Below the pieces are notes generated by a model, which had not been told where the DNA came from, did no database searches, and saw nothing but the letters and a program-made list of their open reading frames with translations. A stretch of 64,000 nt of DNA from Styela clava (lineage: Eukaryota), in contig NC_135262.1 of NCBI RefSeq assembly GCF_964204865.1, forward strand, positions 12,214,001 through 12,278,000, given 5' to 3'. Numbering within the stretch: position 1 is the stretch's first letter; each line of letters begins with the position of its first letter. Made by a program: the position numbers and the translations under genes. Of the stretch, positions 11,901 to 23,081 are shown piece after piece.

Positions 11901-14900
11901 CGCGTTAGTGGTCAAGTGAAGTTGCTAAGACTGCGCTACTGGTAGTCTACTGTGACATATTACATACCCGTACTATGTGTACCTTCTTTTGGCCATTGTT
12001 TTCATATATTTGGGCATCGCTCTCTTGTTCAATTTGTTTATGTTTAGTGGATATTTTCAGCATGTTGAAAAAATAGACTACCGATTACTTGACTCTGTAT
12101 AATTTATCTCATTTACAAACTGCATTTTAATAAATATTCATGTTTCAAAATTTGATAAAAATTTGCCTTCACAGATGTGCAGCAGGACTAGCTGAATTGG
12201 CAATAGAAAAATACAAATTGGCGGCAAAGCATTTTCTACAAGTTTCTGTTGACCATTGTGATTTCCCAGAGGTGAGTACATTGATTTTTTAGGAATTTTG
12301 AAATTATAATGCTGTATCCTTGAAGGTCAATAAACCAAATATATTATGATAGCGTTTGTAAAGTTGAATTCAAGTTCAATTCAAATTGAAAAATTCAGTT
12401 TCATTATACATAGTAACTTTCAGTATTTTTTTTTTAAATTTTTCTTGAAATTTAGTTATTTTTAACTAAAGCAAGTGAGATTATATAGCATTGCCACAAT
12501 TAATCTTGTGTTTCTGAGTGTGTCTTCTAGGAAAAGATACTTGTGTTTATCATAATGTGTACAAAAGCCTATAAGATGGTTTGTTCAATTATAATTATGA
12601 TGAATCACACTGTGGTTCCTCTTGTCCAGTTACAAGTCTATGTTGGGTATGGGGTACGCTTTGAATACCTGGGTGATCAGAAGTACGTTGGCAAGAGAGA
12701 GAAGTACAAGCCAAAGCTTAGCGCTATCCAGCAACCGCCAGGCCTGCCGATCTTGAAATAGCTTTTGACAATTTTTTATTCCCCAAATCATCCATAATGC
12801 AGATCTACCAATACGGGTAAATTGGTTTTTTAGTTCTATACCTACTTGCCCAAAGTTGCCCAAAACAACGTTGCATGGATGAGACCTTGAGACTGAGTAA
12901 ATAGAACGTCAAAAAACTTTTGTGGGCAACGAAGAAAGAAAGTTTAGACAAACGAAGTTTTCTATAATATCTATAAAATGTATAAGTGAAGCCATATTTT
13001 GCAGATGTAAAAGATTTTGCAATCCTGAAGCTTGGGTCAATCATATTTAAAACCTCCTTTTGAATTTGATCAACAAGGTTCAAAACTGATATTTTCAAAT
13101 TTGATTTTTTTTTCTATTTCAGTTGCTTTCTGCCAGTAATGTTGCTGTGTATGGAAGTTTATGTGCACTCGCTACATTTACCAGAACAGAACTTCAAAAA
13201 TTAGTTATAAATAGCAGGTTGGTATTCTGTAGATATTCTATTTCTCCATTACTTACGATTTAAATTATGGTCATGGCTTTTGACAATAATTTACCAAATT
13301 TTGTTTGAAACTCTCTTTTCGCATCGCCTCTCCAATTTATTACACTCTGGCTGGCTGAAGTCGTAGAAATAGAGCCTGAATTGAAGATCTTGAAGTGCAA
13401 TGGCAACTTAGTTAAGTTAACCCTCTAAACCAGGGGTGTGCAAATTATGGCCCGCTGGCCGGATCCGGCCCACCGAAGTGTTTTATTCAGCCCACTTGTG
13501 TTTGCTGAAATTATGACCATAGTTTTTATGGATATAAATTCACGTTATCGAAGAAAACAACGTCATCATTAGTCCTATTTTATATTGTGCTTCTTATCAC
13601 GATATAACTTAAACCTAGCTGTTGGACTAGCTTTTATTAATAAATTGTTTTTTTATTTATAGTTTTCCATATTGAGTTTTAAGGCTCTGACCCTGTAACC
13701 CAGTCAATTTTTTGTAACTGGCCCACTGAGAAAAATGATTACCAACCCCTGCTTTAACCACTAAGCTGTCTTACCCAAGTATAGGCTATCGTATTTAGTC
13801 TTCATATGGTTGTGTGTGAATACCAATTTTCAATAACTTTTATCAGGACTTTTAAACATTTTGAAACTTCTTCCAGAAATTTGCGTGATTTCATGCGATT
13901 GGCTGGTGATTACTCATATTTTTTTCCTCTCCGAGATTGATATTCTTGTGTTCATGCGATGAGTTATGTATCAAGGAATATTTTGTTTTCACTTTTATTA
14001 CAGTTCTTTCAAATTACTTCTTGAATTGGAGCCTCAAGTTCGAGACATTGTGTTTGCATTTTATGAATCAAACTACAGTAAATGTTTATCGTCGTTACAA
14101 TCGATTCGTGATAATTTACGACTGGATATCTATCTTTCTCCTCACGTCGACAGACTTTATGCGCAAATCAGGAATCGATCTTTGGTTCAAGTATGTGCAT
14201 TTTTTTACTAGTCAATTTTGGGCTCTATAGAAGTGTATGTACCAATATGGAAGTCACTCATTTTGTTCACCTACTTTACATCAAGTTGTTGAAGGGACTG
14301 AAACCCATGGGCAGGGGGGTATATTCACTTGGCCAACACAGACAGTCCCCAAACTCATAATAGAACTAAAATAAGGATAATCGGAATAAAATTATGGCCC
14401 GACCTTAACCTGGTACACACACTACAGGAGTACTCGCTTTAGTATGTTGCTCAGTTTTGAATAGAGAGCTATAAATGAAAGATTATCGAGTTTGCTATCA
14501 TGTAAATTATAAAATCTGATGACATTAACGAATATTTTTTGTTCTAGTATTTCAGTCCTTACATGATGGCCGATATGAGAAAGATGGCTAATGCTTTCAA
14601 TTCTTCATTGCCTGATTTAGAAAACGAAATAATGCAACTTATATTAGATGGTGAAATACAAGCAAGAATTGACTCAGAGAATAAGGTATGTGTTTCTATC
14701 TTGAAGGCTATCATAAATGCTTGGCAAAAATTCCGCACTAGTTGTCTCTTTGTGTGGTGTTTTCATGCATCCAGTTTTCATTAATAATACCATTTCAAAT
14801 AAATTTAGTTGACATGCATTTGGAATGTGTGCTCAGTTTGCTAAATTTTTAAACAAGAAATTTTGTTATGTAAATTATGTTTTGATCTTGTCTGTGTTAT

Positions 14901-17449
14901 GGTTATTGTATCTTTGGTTTGGACTATTCAATGCATACAAGGACTATGCGCTTTAAGAATTCGCTATCGAACGGCGGTTCACATAACCTCTGACAGTTAC
15001 GGGTTCCTCCATCATCAAGTCCATATGCTTAAATAACTGAAACAAAAAACTGTTTAGTTATTTTTATATCTGACATGGACTGCTAACCAGACTAGTATCC
15101 GTGGTTTGCCATTTATGATAAACCCGTTTAAATGGGTTCTTTTGCTTCGGGATAAATGAGAAAATCCCATATAACATCCTTTCCTATCCTAAATGGACTC
15201 GGACGGACTATTAAATTTTCATTGTCATTAATTTGGTTGATCTATCTCTGCCAATGATGTACGATTACGATACATTCGTCTATACATTTGAGCGTTGATG
15301 TCTTATTTCTATTTATAATGCCATATGTAATTTAGTGTTATATCTTTATCAGATTCTACATGCTAAAGACACTGATCAAAGAAGTTTAACATTTGAAAAG
15401 ACCGTTCAAGTTGGTACTGAATATTTACAAAGAGTGAAAGCAATGATTTTAAGATCTGCTGTTTTAAGAAACAATATCCATGTGCAAGTGAGTCGAAATG
15501 ATGCTTAGTTTACAATGAATTGATAATGACAAATGCTAAAGGCATTGTTAGATTCAGACCTAAAAAATTTGGCGCTCCATAAGTGTGTGTACCATTATGT
15601 TGTGTAAAGGGACTGAAGCCTATGGGCAAGGGGTATATTCACTTGGCTAACACAGGCAGTCCCAGAACTCGTAATACAACTAAAGTAAGGAAAATCGTAA
15701 TAAAAATTAACCTGGTACACATGCTACGGGAGTACGAAATATTCTGCTATGCAGCTGTATTCTATACAGTCACCATTCTAGGTATGTTTGAATGAACTAT
15801 TTACATTTTGTCCATTAGAGTGTTTTTAGTTTCAGCATATTCAATCTGAGTTCATGTTAATGTTAAATTGAGTCACACTTTTCAAAGTACTTATATTTTG
15901 TATTTTTTCTTGCTGGCTAACTCTGATGTCAATGGATGTGTTGTTAACAATCATTGATGAGGTAAAGGTATTTAATGTTGTGATGGTTTGAATGTTGATA
16001 GTAAATTTCATTATATGGTGAGATGCAAAAAACAGAACTCGGGTCATTTGGAACATATTCTTAAAAAAGTATTCTAGATTACTGAATTTTTTTGGCACAA
16101 TCTCACATGAACAGAAATTTAAGTGTTAAATAAGTTTTCTTCGATGTATTTAAGACATTTATTGTTCTGTTTTTTTGGTCACCCTGTATATATGTTAGAA
16201 AATTATGTCAAATGTAGGAGTAGGTAGCATAGGTGGATAATGGTTCTGGAATAAAAAGCGGGGAATGATGTGTTATAGGTTGTCTAGATATCAAATAAAT
16301 CATTTAGCTCATATAGAATTTATGTGTAGTGAATCTTTTCAGTGAATGGAAGCAATGAATAGTGTTGGTAACTTGTAGATTAGTACATGAGGTAATTAAT
16401 AAAAGTAGAGAGATTCAGTATGAAGTAACTACGACTTCGTAAGTTTTTGTGGGTATGTCGAGTTGAAGTATAAGATTCTATGAATTGTCCACAATTTCAA
16501 TATTTAATTGAGAGGATTTGTGAGTGGGATATAGCCTTGTAGTCTTCACATACAGGGAACATCTGATACATCAATGTCAACATTGTCAAGTGGAAGTTCT
16601 GTTTGAATTTGGAGGAAGATTAGCAAGTAAGTTCAAGTGTGATGTGGTTTTTATTGCCAGATGAATGTGTAATACCAAGCATAATAGCTTAGCAGTTCAG
16701 GTATCATTATAAGGTGAATAACTTAATAATCAAGGTTAAAGTACTGTTTGTTGGGGTGTGATGGCCAGGGTTCAGTGTTCATTAAGATATGACTACCGGT
16801 AATATGACACCACAGTAATAAAATTCGTACAGAAGAAGATAAGAGTAGATTAGGCAGCCCTATCTCTTGCATGGTTGCTATATAAGTTTGCAAAAACTAC
16901 CCAGTTTTTAAATTAGAATTATAGAAGCATGGAATAATTAGGAATCATTTTTGTAACCTTTGTTGTGCTGATCTGTCTGCACTATAGTTATATTAAATAT
17001 ATTTTCGTGGTCTTTAGGTCAAAAGGACTAACCATGATAAAAACCGTTTTGAAAAAATGAGAACTCATATTTTTTACTTTCAAACATCAATTTTTTTTTA
17101 TTAAATTATGTTGGGGAATATGTCTTTAAATTTGATTAGAAATTCAGCTCAAAAGATGCTTTTTTGTGATATTATTTTTTTTCTGACCTCCTGAAGTATG
17201 CGCACCAAGATGGCGAACAACCTGAACTCAGGTTGTGTACCAGATAGGGGTTCAGGTTATGTGACATCTTGGTGATTATACTTCAGGAGTAACTTTTTTT
17301 CTTTCTTAAAACCTCTGTATTATTTACTTGGTAAATTTGTTTTTTAAAACTAAAAATGTATTTATTTCTATACTATCTGTCTGTACATTTTATTTCAGAG
17401 TGGGAGCACTGATAAATCGCAGTCAGAAGTGAGTGGATCTGGAAGATGA
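5982..17449 (+). CDS. GPS1: COP9 signalosome complex subunit 1 (CSN1), 13 coding exons, 480 aa
   Basis: Exons: 5982-6014, 6874-6975, 7708-7808, 8543-8623, 9059-9223, 10407-10542, 11224-11345, 12175-12271, 13123-13217, 14004-14190, 14548-14685, 15353-15487, 17399-17449. All introns are GT-AG and the frame is continuous (1443 nt). Motifs [63 protein letters not shown] and [12 protein letters not shown] (PCI domain) match CSN1. Confidence 0.96.
6137..6334. mobile_element. Tc1/mariner-type MITE
   Basis: Imperfect TIRs ta-caggctgtcaaaaaa / ttttttggacacccag-ta with TA flanks, in CSN1 intron 1. Confidence 0.5.
7177..7355 (+). mobile_element. tRNA-derived SINE (family A), partial
   Basis: B-box-like gttcgaatccc followed by the core ggtcagtt..ggcttccaccaccatcaagtccatgcat, which is shared with the copy at 55172-55494. 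Confidence 0.6.
7943..8170. mobile_element. hAT-type MITE
   Basis: Ends cagtggtt... / ...taccactg; 8-bp flanks gcgtatac / gcctatac (7/8 match, central TA). Confidence 0.65.
11611..12028 (+). mobile_element. Helentron-associated (HINE/DINE-1-like) non-autonomous element, copy 1
   Basis: Starts tattggacacgtagtggac and ends catatatttgggcatcgctctcttgt. Both ends are reverse complements of the ends of the copy at 28827-29074. The family label is inferred from structure. Confidence 0.5.
12600..13098 (-). mobile_element. Decayed LINE (L1/Tx1-like) ORF2 3' fragment in CSN1 intron 8
   Basis: Two overlapping frameshifted ORFs (12805-13098, 12630-12863) read ...[37 protein letters not shown]. This resembles the A.W.IW..RN segment at the end of L1-clade ORF2. 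Confidence 0.4.
13431..13751. mobile_element. hAT-type MITE
   Basis: Ends caggggtgtgcaaattatggcccgc / accaacccctg; flanks ctctaaac / ctttaacc (6/8 match). Confidence 0.65.
14223..14433. mobile_element. MITE family C, copy 1 (CSN1 intron 10)
   Basis: Inverted ends agtgtatgtacca / tggtacacacactacaggag. The core aagggactgaaacccatgggcag...tatattcacttggccaacacag is repeated at 15574-15735. Confidence 0.75.
14960..15185 (+). mobile_element. SINE family A, 3' part
   Basis: catcaagtccat...atggactg..aaccaga...ccgtggtttgccat...gggataaatg...aatcc matches the 3' half of 55172-55494. Confidence 0.55.
15574..15735. mobile_element. MITE family C, copy 2 (CSN1 intron 12)
   Basis: gctccataagtgtgtgtacca ... 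tggtacacatgctacgggag; core nearly identical to 14292-14433. Confidence 0.75.
17185..17290. mobile_element. About 105-bp palindromic MITE family B, copy 1
   Basis: gacctcctgaagtatgcgcaccaagatggcgaacaacctgaac ... gttcaggttatgtgacatcttggtgattatacttcaggag; four copies in the window. Confidence 0.85.
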
Positions 17450-17522
17450 CACTATCAATGTGCATAGTTGTGTAATAGAAGTTTCAAAAATGACTGCATT
17501 TCTATTTTTCACATTAAATGAC

Positions 17523-17628
17523 ACTCCTAAAATATGCGCACCAAGATGTCGCACAACCTGAACCCTAAACTTGTACACAACCCGAGTTGAGGTTGTGCGC
17601 CATCTTGGTGCGCATACTTCAGGAGGTC
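17523..17628. mobile_element. Palindromic MITE family B, copy 2 (just 3' of the CSN1 stop codon)
   Basis: actcctaaaatatgcgcaccaagatgtcgcacaacctgaac ... ggttgtgcgccatcttggtgcgcatacttcaggaggtc; opposite orientation to copy 1. Confidence 0.85.
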
Positions 17629-19599
17629 CCATTAAATTTCTCTGCCCCTTTCCTGTGCCGATGTGTTTTATAAGATGCCTTGAGAAAAATTATTTGTAGT
17701 GCAGTAACTGAATCATTTCAATGATTTTAATTTACCTGGTGCGGTGATTCATGAAATCAAATTAAATCCGGTCTTTATACTATTGTGTGGTTTTATGTAA
17801 CCACACCCACTCCAGCTGTCATATTTCAAAAAGAAAACCTGCTTAATTGTCCACGTTTGCACCGTCATTAATCTTGTTACTTATTTTTCTTCTTCTTTGG
17901 AATACAGATGATTTTCTTGTATTGTACCCATCTCAGTAGACCATCAAACCAATGATACTCTTTAAAAAAGTTCTCCCTTTTTTTTGTTTAGGCGTTATCG
18001 TTCGCCGAATTTAGTTGTATATTTATTAAAAGTTAAAATCACGCTTGTTGACAGTATTTATTGGGGTACTTGGGCTGGAATTATTGAGAGCTTCTGTGTT
18101 GATTACTCGATAGTCTTGCGTTGTCTCGTCACCGATACCATCACGTATATTTTGAAACGCGATGTATCTAATCACAGACGTTGAAGAAGTCTAGTGGGGA
18201 AAAGTTAACCGGATAATGAACCATGTACTGGGTATTACGCTGCGGTCTTCAATCAATCAATTTACTTTTTTCGCTCTGGCATAAAGCAAAACAACATAGG
18301 ACAAACAAAATGCCGAGTTACCTGCAAGGCCAGCATAACTTGAGACAAGGTTAACAAAAAAGCGCGCCTGGCCACCAAAAACACTCTCTCTGTATCGAGT
18401 TGCGAGTTTTCTTAAAGCTACCGTCGTAATAAAAATGTATTGGATATAGAATGTGTGGATGAAATAAAGGGATACGCAAAATAAATTGTCGAGAAGCCAT
18501 AATCGTATTTTGCTTGGATATTAGAGTTTTGATTCAGAAACTTCTTTCAAGATTAATGTACATCCTAGTTGAGTCCAGATATAATACAGTCGTCGGTTAC
18601 AAGTTGTATCTAATGTCGGTTCTTGATCGCGTGCGATCGGCGGTGGTTCGGATCTTCATAGCTCTCCGTCAATTAACACAAAGAAAACTCGTACGTAGTA
18701 ATCTTTTCCGCTGGTTATTTAATACGAAAGAAACTACTTTTCCCTGTTCTCGTGACTAGACGTGTGCGTGTGTGATTATTCATTTCTTGAATGATCAGAC
18801 ATTCGACGCCCTTTTGTCGATAAAACTTGAGCCTCGTTGTATGAAAAGGGGATTTGTTCATGGTGATCGATTTTCTATCGTGCTTTTTATACCACGCTCA
18901 TTCACCACGCATTTCGCTCGGAACAAGGATCTATATATGCAGTCCCTGATGTCTTACTATATTGAAGGCGTTTTCAAATGGGGAGAGATTCAAAATCGAA
19001 AAACCCCATTCCCTTCTGAAACAGTCGCCGCGATTACACCACTTGTTGAAGGGCCGACTTTTTCAACGAATAATGATTTTTCTGTTGCGCGAAGTAACTA
19101 ATCTGTTAGCGATACAGGCCTATTTGAAATGTCTTGCTTTATTAATTTAAATTTCTTGCGTTTGACCCGCGGTTGCGTCGACAACATAAAAGTTCGACCC
19201 CGACATCCCCCACTAGCTGCGCCACTGGTTAAGCCTAACGATTTTTACCCGCTAAGCCATAACGTAACTGCAAAGGCCTATTATTTTTATTCTAAATTTG
19301 CAATTAAAATCCTGTTGTTGTTGTTGATGTCGTATTTGCGCGGCCCTGAAATAAAAAATATCGTATTTACGGACTAAATCTATTCGTCGATTTCATCACT
19401 AACTATAAATGAAAGAAAGAAACATTCTTTGAAGAGTTTGAGCTGTTGTACATAGACCGGGACGAGTGCAATATTATACAAAAATTGAAATTTTGCATTC
19501 GATCTGATCTACGCAAAATGCCCTTAATCATTTATTCTATCGAATCTTATCTTTCTCAGAAATTACGTTTATTTCAAATTTCAGGATCGCAGGATTTTT

Positions 19600-20700
19600 T
19601 TGTGAATAAAAATTTCACTATTAAGGTGTAACTTGCCAATATATATATACATCATTAATGAGAGAAGTCTCCTACATTTATTTACATTTAATAAATTCTC
19701 CAAATCAAGCAATTTTCGACATTTGGAAGAATTGCTATAAAGTTGGGAAAATTCCTTGAAGCAATTTCTATTGCTTACATTGATGCTAGGTATCTGGGTA
19801 ACAGGCCGGGAAAAGTGCAATGCTATTTCGACATCATAAAGCATGGCACTTTTACCTGCCGGACACCACAAACCAGTAAACATTCATAGAAGAGATTATT
19901 AGAATTTAAGATACGAAATAAATGCAATGGACCTCTACCACCTTATACCCTTGACCTCTTTTGGCTGCATGTACGATTTGCTACGGCGACAACATCGTCT
20001 AGTTTAGAAATCACCCAACAGAAATACCTTGCATGCAGCTATGTCAACAAGTAAGAGAATGGTAATTTTTTTTTATTGCTACCCCAATAGGAAAATTCCT
20101 TGTCAGGCAGAGATCATATGTTCCGACTGATTCTTCTAGATAAATGTACGGAAATTGGACACGTAAATTCTCTAGAGTACTGTCGTTTAGAGGAATTTGT
20201 TGATCATAGAGTGCTTCTATGATTCCCTAATTATAGCTAATTTCGTCTGTTTTGAATATATCAACTTCTTCATAACTTGCCCATTTTGACGCAAAGTAGG
20301 GTTTTGCGATTTTGAGTATATTAACAAGAGCAGGCCTCGCAAAAATCATACTCCGGCCAATTCGCCGAATCCAAATTCTTCTGAAGAATCCATGATATAT
20401 GTTCATATTTCTAAACCTTATGCGGATCTGCAAATATCCCATTTTCCCGACAAAGATTGCATTGTGAAGCGAAGATACCTGCTTTCCAACGACCATTCTC
20501 AACGATTACATTCGTTTGAATCTACACCCTAAAATTATCGCGTTGCGAATGTGGAGACATCAATAAAAAACAATACAGTCCCGTTTGTATCTCCTTTGTT
20601 CATATGCAGTAACATTACACCTATGAAAGAAGTCGTTATCAAGACAAAAACGGCGATGAAAAGATGCTTTTTGTTACGTCTTATCAAAGGCTCGTCATAT
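19600..20700 (-). pseudogene. Probable intronless glycosyltransferase pseudogene (GT92/DUF23-like type II membrane protein)
   Basis: Manual translation of the - strand gives these pieces in order, broken by stops and frameshifts: signal anchor RRNKKHLFIAVFVLITTSFIGVMLLHM; EESVGTYDLCLTRNF; ITILLLVDI; RSKSYMQPKEV; DVEIALHFSRP. The order parallels the GT92 motifs Q...ndCl.r / lDiDE / Ksiv.P..V / l.HYR. Family assignment is by eye. Confidence 0.4.
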
Positions 20701-23081
20701 AGTTACAAAGAGTCGTCGACCAATCAATTTTTTTGAAACAAAATCATACCGAATCGAGAATGATTCACGGAGTAATTGTACTGGAATTTGTGTTTTATAT
20801 ATTTTCCAATCCCGGCCAAGTGTTTTATCACTCAACATAGCCCACTGTAACTCAATATTGTGTGTTATTTTTCAAACTTTTCGTGGGAAGTTGGTAAACC
20901 GACACATATATATAGTTTCCCGCCGAATATCGTTTGAAAACAAAAACAGATTTCGCATCTTTCAAATTTGCTCTTTTGTGTAATTTTAAACGCATATTCT
21001 TCTTCAAAGACCATTTTTTAATAATTGGTTGGAATGGTAGATTAAATCACCGACAAAATTGAATGTGGTTGTATGTACGTTTATCATCGTGATAATGATG
21101 TATACGTATTTTTTTACACAATGACTTTTTTTTTATTAATTTAATGAGGATGAAAACTCATCCGAGATTTCCGCTTTTTTGTCGTTCTGTTTAATTTGAA
21201 ATTCATAAACTATTAAAGTAGGAAATATCAGAGAAAACACTACAGTCTTGGATAAAGACAGCTAATACTAACATAAATCTTTGGGTTGACTAGCTACTAT
21301 CTAAATTTCATAGCAATTTTTACCCGTTATGATCAAGTGCATTTGTCTTAAATAACTCTCATACTTTTGTTGAACCCAGTAGCAATTTATCTCCTACTTT
21401 TAAACTTAAGAAATATTCGTGTAAATGTCACCAATTACGCTTCTCCTGATATATATTTTTGAGGCTTTGAAACTTTTCTAGAATTTTAATATACTGTTAC
21501 TCATGTAATCATGAAAATTCTTCAAAACTTCACAGAAATAGTGTAAGTTATATCTGCAACTCATATCAAATTAATGATTCGGAATATTTATCACTATGAA
21601 ATCGGCGTACACATTCAGCTTTTCCACCATCTATAAATTTGCTTTCTTAAATCTAGGTATCTATATTTCTTATCGAACAATTTGGCTTGCTCTCTGCCTT
21701 CCCATACTTCAGTCATTTGTATTTCTCTTCAGTCATGTCACATTTTTTTGTTTTATCTTCCATATAATCAGATTGAGTGAGGTCTGGCGTTTCGGTGGTT
21801 GCTACAGAGGACACCGAGGTTGGGGCAATCATGGCCACTCTCTTTCAATAGATATATTATAAGTATACGTTAGTGTTTACCCATGCTTGGTAGATTTGAA
21901 CAATTTTTGGCAAGAGAGAGTGAAATTCAGTTACGTCATTCACGGCCACGGATGACTGCATATCAGTGTGATGGGTTAGAATGCAAAATATTTGTTTCAT
22001 TATTGTTGATTTTGTTGCTTGAAATCGAACAGACACAAGTCTATACAAATCCGACATCATTTAGTTATCTTCATAGTAAAATTTTAAAAGCCTAGATGAC
22101 TGAAAGTGCTTTCAATTTCAGTAATAACATCCAATAATAGCATCCAGTAATAACTATGTTTGGAAAATACTATTTTTGTGCGCGATATAGCAAAGAACAG
22201 GTCAAGTTAAATGCTTCAACTTCTCTTTACGCTGGTCTAGTGTGTTGTACTTTTATAGGCTGTAACATATCTTATTGTCTGTTTCAATCCAAGACGTATG
22301 AAATATATTGTCGTCGTTTACATATTTTGTTGCTCAGTTTTGAGGTTTTCCATTCAACGACTACCTTTGGTCGCATATCATCATACTTGACTGCATCTGA
22401 ATAAAACTACATGACATTTATCAACAATGCGACTCAAACAACAAACTATATGTCATATTAGTTAGTTAAATTTTCATCGTTCATTCCTTTTAATTTGAAA
22501 TGTAAAGCAACGCTTCTTCGACTTTGTTCCACAATTTTTGACGCCGAACAACCGTATCCAATTGTGACTTAAAATGATCTACGCTATCCAGCTATTGAAT
22601 ATAATGGTAGTTTTGCAATACTACATATTCCCCTGCAGTATATTTAAAGCTGGAATAATACAGAAATTTTTCTGTAACGCTGCTAAGTTATGCAATGTTC
22701 TGGTTTCAACACAATGAGAAGCACTCTCATTGGTCCCCCACGCGAACAACTACACTAGACCAAACAGCAACACTTATAAAGGAGAGCCTGACGTTTGCCT
22801 TACCTGATTTTTACTTATTAATGGTCATTGTTAAATATATATTTCAACTATACTCATTTCATGTATTTCATCGATAGTATATATAGTCTACACTTGGTTA
22901 ACGTTTGGAGGTATTCATCTTTAGAATAGTTTTTGTAGTGTCGTATATTCATGATATTTTTTGCTATTTAAATCACAAAAAATTTAGACTTTGATATCAC
23001 CATACGAGAATTTCCGCACTAGATTGAGCAATTTGTTCTCTGGCGTGAACTTGAAAACTCTACATCCTGACGTCACTTTCT

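Noticed and set aside
17185-17628. CRISPR-like array or miRNA gene suggested by repeated palindromes
   Set aside because: Eukaryotic context, copies are dispersed rather than regularly spaced, and the structure fits a MITE.
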